DNA from: Eubacteriales bacterium | GTDB lineage: Bacteria; Bacillota; Clostridia; Oscillospirales; CAG-272 | NCBI GenBank assembly: GCA_045541735.1 | Contig: JAZQJQ010000009.1 | Coordinates: 1-61,051 of the forward strand | Length of the DNA stretch: 61,051 nt | Reading direction: 5' to 3' | In this document: piece after piece, positions 36,085-45,700 of the stretch | Layout: every line of letters begins with the position of its first letter | How positions within the stretch are numbered: position 1 is the first letter of the stretch | Position numbers and translations under genes: made by a program | The notes under the pieces: model-generated | What the model was told of the DNA's origin: nothing | Databases searched by the model: none | Seen by the model: only the letters and a program-made list of their open reading frames with translations

Positions 36085-37251
36085 TTATGGCTCGGCTGTA
36101 AACGGTAAGGGGCGTGCTATATTTTCTTCGCAAACGGCATACAGCCTGACAGTCAGCTTATCAGGTGCGTAATCATATGAAAAACGCTTAGAGATAAGCT
36201 CCGCATCCGATTGCGAATACAATATTCTAAAAGCTTCTGATTCTGCCATTCGGCGAGCCTCATCGAGAGTAAGCGACACAGAGCTTACCTTCTTTTCGGT
36301 TCTGTATTCAGCAACGTAAGAAAGCGGCAGTCTGAAGCTTCCGAAAATGTATACACTCCCTCTTTTACGGATTATATCACACTTCTCATCCTCAAGTCCA
36401 TATTTTAATGAAAAATTAATTGATTTTCCGAATGATTCAAGAGAAATTCTTTCGATTTTTCCCTCGCTCAACGTAATATTTTCCGATATGTAAGCCTGCT
36501 CTGCTGCTATTTCCTTATTCGTTTGTGCATATATCTTTGCTGAAGCATTGACAAGTGTTATATCTCCGTCCCTTTCCTCGATTATTCCCGATACGAGAAG
36601 ATCTCCTTTTTTGACCGCTTCACCGACTCTTACCATCTGCTGTCCACGCTCAATAACGATCCCGGTTACGATGCCGTCAAATGATGCAACTATATGAGAA
36701 TATTGCGGCATATCCTCCTTTTCCGGTACTCTTTCTGATTCAGATACGATTACCTCTGCCCTCATACCCTTGACGTTTACGCTTATCCAAGCTATATCCT
36801 TTGACAGAGCCATCATTTTTATTCTGACAAGATCGTTGTTTATCTCCGATAACCGTACTCCTTCATACACTCCGCATTCTTTTAGAAGATCTTTAACGTC
36901 AAGCTCCGTCAATCTGGAATTGCCGCTAATATCCAATGACCATAATATCGACGAAAAGTACGATATTAAAATAACAAAAACAACTGAACCGATAATGATC
37001 CCCCAGCGTTTCCTGTAACCGAAAAGCAACGTCCTTCTACGTGTACATTTAATGCCTTTCTCTTCGAGATATTTACTAAGCTCTTGCTCAAATTCAGTAC
37101 TTAGATAGATCAGCGTACAATCACCGCTAACCTCGCAACGAACGAATTTCCCGCGTCTTACGCTGTAGTCAAGGACGCATTTTACACAAGGACGATCAGC
37201 TTTGATAATGCAACGGGTATCCGGCAAATAATTATTAACTGCTTTTTTCAT
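36085..37251 (-). CDS. yqfD: Sporulation protein YqfD
   Basis: Single TM; IAWISVNVKG and VKKGDLLVSG; sits between yqfC and phoH. Confidence 0.85.
   Translation of the reverse strand: MKKAVNNYLPDTRCIIKADRPCVKCVLDYSVRRGKFVRCEVSGDCTLIYLSTEFEQELSKYLEEKGIKCTRRRTLLFGYRKRWGIIIGSVVFVILISYFSSILWSLDISGNSRLTELDVKDLLKECGVYEGVRLSEINNDLVRIKMMALSKDIAWISVNVKGMRAEVIVSESERVPEKEDMPQYSHIVASFDGIVTGIVIERGQQMVRVGEAVKKGDLLVSGIIEERDGDITLVNASAKIYAQTNKEIAAEQAYISENITLSEGKIERISLESFGKSINFSLKYGLEDEKCDIIRKRGSVYIFGSFRLPLSYVAEYRTEKKVSSVSLTLDEARRMAESEAFRILYSQSDAELISKRFSYDYAPDKLTVRLYAVCEENIARPLPFTAEP
36371..36400 (-). promoter_or_regulatory. Putative internal sigma-A promoter inside yqfD driving phoH-ybeY-era-recO-mutS2
   Basis: TGGACT-18-TATAAT with extended -10 (TGTGATATAAT). 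Confidence 0.5.
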
Positions 37252-37520
37252 AACTTTCTTGCCTCAAAATTCACAGTTTCTATCTTACCTTCAACCTCAA
37301 CAGTTCTGTTTCCAAAAGACGTGCAGCAAAGCTGTTTTCCTATAATACCTACTTCCCCCCCGCTTATCAATCGAAGAGAAATGTTATCCGGCGCTGATAT
37401 CTCTACTCCGCATACACCACAGATTATTGCGCTGCGTTTTGTTCTCATCTCAAAACTGAATGCGCGTTCCTCTCCCTCAGACTTAATTACTTTTACCAAG
37501 TCCTTTCCGCTTATCTTCAT
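37248..37520 (-). CDS. YabP/YqfC family sporulation protein
   Basis: 90 aa ending VEVEGKIETVNF; overlaps the yqfD start. Confidence 0.7.
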   Translation of the reverse strand: MKISGKDLVKVIKSEGEERAFSFEMRTKRSAIICGVCGVEISAPDNISLRLISGGEVGIIGKQLCCTSFGNRTVEVEGKIETVNFEARKL

Positions 37521-37566
37521 ATATACTCCGTTCTATAAACAAAAAATGTACATATAATTTCACTAC

Positions 37567-37595
37567 ATTCTATGTTGTGAGGGACGGCTAAATGA
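37567..37595 (-). promoter_or_regulatory. Putative sigma-E promoter of yqfCD
   Basis: TCATTTA-14-CATAGAAT. Confidence 0.55.
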
Positions 37596-38479
37596 CTGTT
37601 AAGCGATATGCTGGGATCTGCTTGCTATCCTTATCATTATTACTTTTTTTATTATTTCTGGCATTTTCGAAAACCGCATATCAAGCAGCATATGAAGGAC
37701 TTATAACAGTTGGAAAGACTGTCATTCCGGTGCTGCTTCCTTACACGGTATTATCAAACGTTATTTCTGATGCACTCCAACCTAAAGATAGAAAGAATGC
37801 CATATTGACCGCATTTATAATAGGAAACGTATGCGGAGCACCTATCGGTGCTTCTGCAGTTGGACGTCTTTACACCAAAGGTATTATTACAAAAAAAGAA
37901 GCAGGCTTACTTTTGCCTGCCGTTTCATGCGCCTCTCCAGCTTTTTGCATAAGCGCCGTCGGAACTGTGCTTTTCAAAAACACGAACTTCGGTATTCTGA
38001 TGTGGACGACACAACTATTAATTAACATTGTTCTTCTCGCAGTATATTTCCATACCTTTAAATCATATAGAATATCAGAACCCGCAGAAAACAACTTAAC
38101 AATAGATCCTGCCGATATAATTTCAAGATCGACAGCTACACTTTGCTCGGTAACAGTCTCCGTCATGTTTTTTACGGTGCTTTCTGACGTGATCTCTGAT
38201 TTTTTCAATTTAACTATAAAGGCAAAATGCATTCTTAACTCAGTACTTGAGATGTGCGGAGGCTGTAAAACTTCAGCAAGTTTAAATAACGGTGCTTCAT
38301 TTCTTACATCTGCATTTGCTTTGGGATTCGGAGGAATATCCGTTCTCGCTCAGATTAGCTCTTGCACCAAAGGCATAAAAAAATATCCATATGTAATCAT
38401 AAAACTTGCCACCGGAGTCTGCTGTGTATTAATTACTCTCTTTAATAGACAATTTTCGATTCCGCTATTGAAAAACTGA
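37592..38479 (+). CDS. YlbJ-like sporulation integral membrane protein
   Basis: VIPVLLPY, G..CGAPIGA, SPAF, LEMCGG and FGGISVLAQI motifs. Confidence 0.75.
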   Translation: MTVKRYAGICLLSLSLLLFLLFLAFSKTAYQAAYEGLITVGKTVIPVLLPYTVLSNVISDALQPKDRKNAILTAFIIGNVCGAPIGASAVGRLYTKGIITKKEAGLLLPAVSCASPAFCISAVGTVLFKNTNFGILMWTTQLLINIVLLAVYFHTFKSYRISEPAENNLTIDPADIISRSTATLCSVTVSVMFFTVLSDVISDFFNLTIKAKCILNSVLEMCGGCKTSASLNNGASFLTSAFALGFGGISVLAQISSCTKGIKKYPYVIIKLATGVCCVLITLFNRQFSIPLLKN

Positions 38480-38496
38480 CAAAACAGTGCTAAAAT
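38468..38496 (+). promoter_or_regulatory. sigma-A promoter of the small Cys-rich protein gene
   Basis: TTGAAA-17-TAAAAT with TG extension. Confidence 0.55.
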
Positions 38497-38524
38497 AGAG
38501 ACAATTAAGGAATGTGAGGTAGTT

Positions 38525-38707
38525 ATGCAAAAAAAATCAGATGAATCAAAGATCTGCGCGTATTGCGAGAATTCACAGCCCTCTGTTCTACCGGACGAAT
38601 TCATATGCCGTAAAAAGGGCATGGTAAGTGCTACGGCTAAATGCCGAAGCTTTGTATATGACCCTCTAAAACGCAAAGTCCGTCCGAGAAATGTAAATGA
38701 TAATTAA
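38525..38707 (+). CDS. Small cysteine-rich hypothetical protein (possible Zn-binding)
   Basis: CAYC-x13-C-x11-C followed by YDPLKR; RBS GAGGT; own promoter and terminator. Confidence 0.7.
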   Translation: MQKKSDESKICAYCENSQPSVLPDEFICRKKGMVSATAKCRSFVYDPLKRKVRPRNVNDN

Positions 38708-38737
38708 TAAGCGGCGATCCTAAGGGACCGCCGCTTA
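38708..38737. terminator. Hairpin between the convergent small protein and HPr-like genes
   Basis: TAAGCGGCGATCC-TAAG-GGACCGCCGCTTA. Confidence 0.7.
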
Positions 38738-38741
38738 AATT

Positions 38742-38972
38742 TTAATCTATTATAAATTTTTCAAGCTTTTTAAGAAGCTCATCACAATCATCGGAATGCG
38801 CGGTAAGTGTAACAGGGTTCAACAGATCCAGACTGAATATACCCATAATGGACTTGCCGTCAACGATATATCGGCCGGAAGAAAGGTCGATATCGATATC
38901 GGTGGATGCTACTGCATTAACAAAATCGCGTACATCTTCAATGGTATTAAGCTTGATATTTACAGATTTCAA
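38742..38972 (-). CDS. HPr family protein lacking the His15 motif
   Basis: VDGKSIMGIFSL (Ser46 motif) present; no GLHARP; TTG start after AGGAGG. Confidence 0.85.
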   Translation of the reverse strand: MKSVNIKLNTIEDVRDFVNAVASTDIDIDLSSGRYIVDGKSIMGIFSLDLLNPVTLTAHSDDCDELLKKLEKFIID

Positions 38973-39430
38973 TTGGAACCTCCTATATAGCTGTAAGTGA
39001 ATACGTAAACGTCGCCTTCCTTGACCTCGACCTCACCAGCTTTACCGGAAGGAGTTGTTCCATTAACGGTAAGCTCCCAGAACCAAGTGCCGCCCTCGCT
39101 GTCGGAAGCAAAGTTAGCGTGATTTTTTATAGTACCAACGGTTGTTCCGTCTTCGCTGGCAGAATACTTAATCTCATATGCAGAACATGCCTGAGCAAGA
39201 GCATCAAGCGCACTGGGAACCTCAGTTCTGTTGCGGAGAGTTATAGGCTGATTGTCGATAAGGACCTCTTCGCCCTTCTTTTCTGTAGCAGCGATCTTAA
39301 CGGTAACGATGCAATTGATGGGATCAAGATAGGTTACGGGGGGCTCGGTATCAGCAGCATTACCGCCGCAGGAAACAAAAGCAAAAACGGTCATCGCACA
39401 AATAAGAAGTGAAAGTATCTTTTTAAGCAT
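38969..39430 (-). CDS. DUF4430-like lipoprotein
   Basis: Lipobox FVSC; C-terminal FWELTVNG...AGEVEVKEGDVYVFTY. ATG 39430. Confidence 0.7.
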   Translation of the reverse strand: MLKKILSLLICAMTVFAFVSCGGNAADTEPPVTYLDPINCIVTVKIAATEKKGEEVLIDNQPITLRNRTEVPSALDALAQACSAYEIKYSASEDGTTVGTIKNHANFASDSEGGTWFWELTVNGTTPSGKAGEVEVKEGDVYVFTYSYIGGSN

Positions 39431-39460
39431 AATAATTCCTCCAAAGCTTTTATGATTAAG

Positions 39461-39489
39461 ATTATAATACATTTACTATTTTTTGTCAA
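39461..39489 (-). promoter_or_regulatory. Consensus sigma-A promoter of the DUF4430-HPr pair
   Basis: TTGACA-17-TATAAT. Confidence 0.78.
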
Positions 39490-39496
39490 TAGAGTT

Positions 39497-42253
39497 TTAC
39501 TGCTGCGGGTCATTCTCCAGCTCATCTTCGTAATCCTGATTCTTCGGCGGGAGCGCTGCATGAGGATGGAAAGCAGGAGCCTCAGAGAGCGCATAAACAC
39601 CGAGATATTCCTTTAATTCTCCATTATCAAACGCCTCATAGTTGAAGTGGACCGTACAGAAAGAATTAAACTGCTTAGCTCCCCAATAATCAGAAACTCC
39701 GGCAAAGGTGTCCTTTGCAAACGACGCGGCAAAATACGGGTTATAGGTGTAAGTTGCCGGGCGAATATTCGCAGCCATAGGACGGTATACATACTGTGCA
39801 TCAGTAACAGCAAGCTGCATCGGGAACACTCTGTCCTCTGGCAGTTTGATAAGTCCTACCTTAACGATGTTCTCCGCAGGGCAGCCGTAATGAGCAATGC
39901 CTCCGGTCACGCTATCGTAATAAACGATAACGTGGCAATCACAAGTCTCAGTAGGCTCAGTTCCTGCAACAAAATAACCCTCTTCGGCTATTCCGCCGCC
40001 TGCAATACTTGCATCATACCTGGGATCCAGCTTACAAGCTTCACCCATTAACTTACCGCTATACTTGCAGTAAGTTGCTTTCACAACGTTTACGGGCTGC
40101 TCAAACATCTTCTTTTCAGCTGCGCCGCTTTCGATATCAGCTATTATATCTTCGTGAACAAGGCTCATCACAAGATCCCAAATTCGGTTAGCGGGACTGT
40201 ACCAGAGCTCGCTTGTCATAGTTTTGGGGGTGGCGTAACCATACCATACACCGCCGACGTAATACGGCGTATATCCCATAAACCAGCGGTCCTTATCATC
40301 CTGCGAAGTACCGGTCTTGCCGGCACAGTCTATCTTTTGATCAAGTGTTATTTTAGTAGAAGTACCCCAATCGACAACGTTTTCAAGGATCTTTGTCATA
40401 ACGAAGGCAGTCTCTTCGCTGAAAACGACACGGGCCTCGTAGTCATTCGAGAGAATTACGTTTCCGTTTGAATCCGTTACCTCAAGATATGAGCGGCATT
40501 TACTTACAACACCGCGGTTCGGGAATGCAGTATAGCACGTTACCATGTCGCGAACGGTAGCTCCGTTTGAAAGCTGTCCAAGACCAAGAGCTGCAAGTCC
40601 GCGGTCCGTATATGAGGTTCCGTCATTGTAATATGCAACGTCAACAAGCGTTGGAAGCTTGAACTTATTCTGCATATAGTCAAATGATTTTTCAATAGTT
40701 AATTTAGAGAGAGTCTTTAAAGAAACTGTGTTCTTTGACGTCGCAAGACCGTATTTTACGTTAACAAGTCCCTCGTAAACGTAAGGGAGGTTGTCAGGCC
40801 AAGGGTCGTTATTCTTTTCACCGAAGCTGAGGGGAACGTCATCAACTACAGTGGACCAAGTCACGATCTTTTCTTCAATAGAAGGTCCGTATACAGCAAG
40901 CGGCTTAATGGAGGATCCGGGAGGACGAAGGGTCTGCGTTGCATAGTTAAGAATTCTGTTTTCAGTCTTCTCGCCTCTGCCGCCGACAACTCCGAGTAAG
41001 TCACCGGTAAACGGGTCAATTACACACATTGAGCACTCAGCAGCTACACCGCTTGTTTTTTCCGGGAAATTTGCCTCGTTTTCCATAACCTTTTCCATCT
41101 TAGCCTGAATATCGGGGTCCATACAGGTGAAGATGTTAAGTCCGCCGTAGTATATCATATTGCTTGCGGCAAGACGGGTATAACCCTTTTTTTCAACAAG
41201 GTCATTGATAACGTCGGAAATTACGGTATCGGTATACCAAGAGTTTGTTGCAATAGCATCATTTGCCGTCTCATTATAAACAATCACGAGCTTTTCTTCA
41301 TTTACGATGATGTCCTTGATCTTTCCTTCCTCGGCCTCATCGTAGATGACCTCAATGTCAGTATAAGCCTCCTCGTATTCCTCTAAGGTGATGCAGCCGA
41401 ATTCAAGCATGAAATCAAGGATAAGATTACGTCTGTATGCATTATTTTCCGGATGCTGAACCGGATCGTAACGAGTGGGCGCATTAGTTATAGAAGCAAT
41501 TGCACAGCACTCGATAAGAGTAAGCTCGCTTACGTCTTTGGAAAAATAGGTATTTGCCGCAGCTTGAACACCAATGCAACGCTGAGAAAGCGGAACGATA
41601 TTAAGATAAAGCTCCAGAATCTCGTCCTTTGTCTTCACTTTCTCAAGATTCAGTGCCATAAGCATTTCCTGAACCTTACGCTGAATGGTAACGTCATCGT
41701 ATTCGGTGACGTTTTTGATCAACTGTTGGGTAATAGTGGAACCTCCGCCGGTCGTATCGTCGAAGCCAAGGAAGAAGTTTGCTACAGCTTTTAATGAACG
41801 TATCCAGTCTACACCCTTATGATCCTCAAAACGCTTGTCCTCAATAGATATAAAAGCATTTTTCAGATTTTCCGGTATTTCGGCAAGAGGAGCCCAAAGG
41901 CTGTTTTCCGTGCCGTAAAGACGCTGGTCTTCAAGTTCTACCGCTTCTCCTATTCTGTTAGTACGGTCTGTATAATCATAGTAATAAAGCTTGGTAGTCT
42001 GGCTGGTTTTACCGCTCATAAACAAAGATTCGTCTACGGTCGGATCGATATGATTTTTAATATAGACCGCAAAAGCCGTGCCGGCAACTATACCGGTAAG
42101 TATACCAATGAGAAGAACAGTTAGCACGATGTTTACGATAGCGGAGAGCGCTTTCATGAAAATCTTACCGACGATCTCAAGCGTGCGCAAGATCTCGTCT
42201 GCCCAGTTTATTCTTTTTTTAGCGGGTTTAAATTTGACCGGTGTGTGCTTCAC
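39497..42253 (-). CDS. Class A penicillin-binding protein (PBP1A family)
   Basis: EDKRF, GGSTITQQLIKN and RKVQE (transglycosylase); SSIK, SKN and KTG (transpeptidase). Confidence 0.94.
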   Translation of the reverse strand: MKHTPVKFKPAKKRINWADEILRTLEIVGKIFMKALSAIVNIVLTVLLIGILTGIVAGTAFAVYIKNHIDPTVDESLFMSGKTSQTTKLYYYDYTDRTNRIGEAVELEDQRLYGTENSLWAPLAEIPENLKNAFISIEDKRFEDHKGVDWIRSLKAVANFFLGFDDTTGGGSTITQQLIKNVTEYDDVTIQRKVQEMLMALNLEKVKTKDEILELYLNIVPLSQRCIGVQAAANTYFSKDVSELTLIECCAIASITNAPTRYDPVQHPENNAYRRNLILDFMLEFGCITLEEYEEAYTDIEVIYDEAEEGKIKDIIVNEEKLVIVYNETANDAIATNSWYTDTVISDVINDLVEKKGYTRLAASNMIYYGGLNIFTCMDPDIQAKMEKVMENEANFPEKTSGVAAECSMCVIDPFTGDLLGVVGGRGEKTENRILNYATQTLRPPGSSIKPLAVYGPSIEEKIVTWSTVVDDVPLSFGEKNNDPWPDNLPYVYEGLVNVKYGLATSKNTVSLKTLSKLTIEKSFDYMQNKFKLPTLVDVAYYNDGTSYTDRGLAALGLGQLSNGATVRDMVTCYTAFPNRGVVSKCRSYLEVTDSNGNVILSNDYEARVVFSEETAFVMTKILENVVDWGTSTKITLDQKIDCAGKTGTSQDDKDRWFMGYTPYYVGGVWYGYATPKTMTSELWYSPANRIWDLVMSLVHEDIIADIESGAAEKKMFEQPVNVVKATYCKYSGKLMGEACKLDPRYDASIAGGGIAEEGYFVAGTEPTETCDCHVIVYYDSVTGGIAHYGCPAENIVKVGLIKLPEDRVFPMQLAVTDAQYVYRPMAANIRPATYTYNPYFAASFAKDTFAGVSDYWGAKQFNSFCTVHFNYEAFDNGELKEYLGVYALSEAPAFHPHAALPPKNQDYEDELENDPQQ

Positions 42254-42301
42254 GGTATTTTCCTTTCACCGAATTTTGATTCTATTATATACCCAATTTT
42301 T

Positions 42302-42330
42302 GAATAAAGTGTGAATAATAGCCAATAATA
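42302..42330 (+). promoter_or_regulatory. Putative sigma-F/G promoter of the bofC-like gene
   Basis: GAATA-17-AATAATA. Confidence 0.45.
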
Positions 42331-42358
42331 TTAAAAACCAAAAATTGAGGTACTGATA

Positions 42359-42727
42359 ATGTTTAAAGAACTGTTTAAAAAATACGCGTACGAAATAATT
42401 TTTGCCGTATTTGCGGTATTGATCTTTATGCTGATCTTTGTATTATACGGTAAGACCAACGCTGTCCACGGCGAGGTGGACAAGGTATACGCCGCAGTCA
42501 ACGCAATAATTGAAGATGAAGGAACTGTGTTTGACGAAGCTTTGTTCGTTGTGAGAGAGAAGGATGGAAAGGTAGCTATTTTCGACTACAGAACCGGGAA
42601 AGTGATAGAAGAACTGAACGTTTACACCTATTCGCTGCCTCAAACCGACAGAACTTATCTTGAAAAAGGAATAATGCTATACACGGTAAGCGACCTAATA
42701 TCACTTATAGAAGACTACACGGGCTGA
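42359..42727 (+). CDS. BofC C-terminal domain protein
   Basis: N-terminal TM; VREKDGKVAIF...SLPQTDRTYLEKGI...LIEDYTG. Confidence 0.75.
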   Translation: MFKELFKKYAYEIIFAVFAVLIFMLIFVLYGKTNAVHGEVDKVYAAVNAIIEDEGTVFDEALFVVREKDGKVAIFDYRTGKVIEELNVYTYSLPQTDRTYLEKGIMLYTVSDLISLIEDYTG

Positions 42728-45700
42728 TAGAGCACAACAACGTTTTCGCTGCCGAGCAAGGATCTGAGCTCGCGAATAAGCGTGGGACAAACGTCTGCGC
42801 CGTAATTAGACAGAGCAACGTATTTTTTTGTGCTCTCATCAAAAAACAGCACGCGGACATTCCCGCAAAATATTGCGACAAGGTTTTCCGCTTTTTTAGC
42901 TTCAACGGAATCCATAGACTTCACCTTGATGCAAAGCTTATCGGCCTTTTTGCTCTGCGGTTCTGCCGCGGGGCTTTTTGGAGCTTGATCGTATTCAGGC
43001 CCTTTCTGTGTATTCTGTGCATTCTTTTCTCTTGCCATACGCATAGCCTGCATTATAGCAGCAGAACCGAATGCACCGCCCATTCCTATCATTGGAGCGT
43101 GAGGCTGTGATGAAGTCTGGTAAGAAGCTTCTTTTCTTTCGCCGTTTTTAACAAGCAATGCAACGTCGCGTGCAAGTATCTTGGGAGGCTCGTCTTCGCG
43201 AACAGACAGTGTTCCGGTCACAGAAACGGCCGCATCGCTCGTTATAACATCGGAGCATTTAACGTAAACCTTTGGAAAAAGCAAGATCTCGATCTCGGCA
43301 AATCGGTCTTCAAGAGAAATGAAAGCCATTTCGTCTCCCTTTTTTGTTGTCTTTTTCGTAATCCTTCCGACTATACCGACTACCGTGACATCTCTTCCGT
43401 CCTTGCTTTCGTTATCATCGCCGTCGGATACGAGATCGGTGATCTCAATGTGATCAACTTGAGAGACAGCATCCGAATAACCGTCGAGCATATGCCCCGA
43501 GAAGTACATTCCTGTGCTCTCTTTTTCCATAGCCAGAAGCTCGTTCATAGAAAGCTCGGCAAGCTCGGGATATTCAAATCCGCCCTCGTCCATATCGTCA
43601 ACAGAACTGAAAAGGTCGAGCTGTCCGCTTACGTTGCGCCGTATCTTATCATTCTGCATATCGAGCTGATGCTCATAGGTTGCAAGGAGTCTGCTTCTAA
43701 ATATACCGAGAGAATCGAAAGCGCCGCATTTTATAAGCATCTCAAGCTGCTTCTTATTTAGGCCGAATTCCGACATCCGCGATATAAAATCTGCAAATGA
43801 TGCAAAAGGTTTTTTGGATCGTTCAATGACGATATTGCGCGCAAATTGCTCTCCTACACCCTTAACGGCTAGAAGTCCGAATCGAATATTGTCACCGCTT
43901 ACGGTAAATGCAACACCGCTCTCGTTGATATCCGGAGAAAGTGTTTTGATCCCGTACTTTCCGCATTCGGCAATATATCCAGCTGTTGCACCGAAATCTC
44001 CAAGCACCGAAGAAAGCAAAGCCGCCATATAAAATCTGGTATAATGAGTTTTCAGATAAGCGGTACGGTAAGAGATCACGGCATAAGCGGCAGCGTGGCT
44101 CTTATTAAAAGCGTACTTAGCAAAATTTGCCATTTCGCTGTATATCGACTTTGCTTTGTCGGGCAAAATTCCGCGTTTTTCGGCTTCTCTTACGAATTTT
44201 TCGCCTTCCGCTTCCATCACGTCAAGCTTCTTTTTCGCCATAGCACGGCGGACTATATCGGCTTGTCCGTAGGTATATCCCGCAAGCTCGCGGAAGATCT
44301 GCATCACCTGCTCTTGATATACTATACAGCCGTGTGTAACACCAATAATTTTCTTTAACTCAGGAACCGCATAGGTAACCTTATCAGGATTATGTCTGAA
44401 TTCAACGTACCGCGGAATAGATTCCATGGGACCGGGTCGATAAAGAGCTATTGAAGCTATAACATCGTCAATACTATCGGGTTGAAGGCGAGTGAGCACC
44501 TGCCTCATACCGGCTGATTCAAGCTGAAACACACCCGAGGTCCTGCCCGCGGATATCAGCTTATATGTCTTTTTATCATCAAACGGTATAGAGGCGAGAT
44601 CAAAATCGGGATATTCTGCTTTAATAAGCTTTTCCGCGGTATCCATAATTGTAACGTATCGGAGGCCGAGGAAATCGATCTTTACCAGTCCGAGGGCCTC
44701 AACGGTGGTCATTTCGTACTGTGTTACGGTAGTATCACCGTTTTTTGCTATCGGAATATAATCAGTGAGAGGCTTATCGGTTATAACAACGCCTGCTGCG
44801 TGAGTCGAGGCGTGCCTTGGCATCCCTTCAAGCGCAGCAGCAATATCTATCATTTGCTTTATTTGGGGAGATGAATTGTAAAGTGCAGCAAAATCCGCAG
44901 TTTCCATAGCATCGGCTATTGTTGCGTTATAATTACGCGGAACAGCCTTCGCAACTGCATCACACTCTGCATACGGTACTCCAAGAGCGCGGCCTACGTC
45001 CCTTATAGCTCCGCGCGCTGCAAGAGTATCGAAGGCAATTATCTGAGAAACGTGATCCGTTCCGTACTTCTCAGTAACGTATTTTATAACCTCTTCACGC
45101 CTTATCTGGCAAATATCTATGTCAAAATCAGGCATCGTAACGCGCTCAGGATTAAGAAAGCGCTCAAAGAGCAGACTGTAAACAAGAGGGTCAACGTCTG
45201 TTATTCCAATGAGATAAGAAACAAGGCTTCCGGCACCCGAACCTCTTCCGGGTCCAACAGGTATTCCGTTTACCTTCGCCCAAACAACAAAATCCCTGAC
45301 TATAAGGAAATATTCGCAAAAACCCATACTCTCGATTATTGAAAGTTCATGTTCTATACGGGCAAGATACTCTTCTCTCGGATGCTGCGAATAATCTATA
45401 TGCTTAGCGGCTTCCCTCTTTTTAAGCCCGATTTCCGCATAATGGCGAAGCTTGACAGAGGGAGGCACACCGTTCGTATCGAAAGTGGGAAGCTTCAAAT
45501 CGCCGAATTCAAAATCAAAGTTACACGCATCAGCGATCTTAACGGTATTCTCCAACGCGTTTTTGTAACCCGAGAACATACGGTGCATCTCGTCTCCGCT
45601 TTTAAAATAAAACTCGTCGGACTCAAAACCGAGAGGTCTTCCCTCGCTTATGGTATTTCCCGTTTGAATGCAGGTGAGAATCGCTTGAGTGTATGCATCC

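Noticed and set aside
42945-43135. Intein in DnaE
   Set aside because: No N-terminal Cys/Ser block or C-terminal His-Asn motif, and too short.
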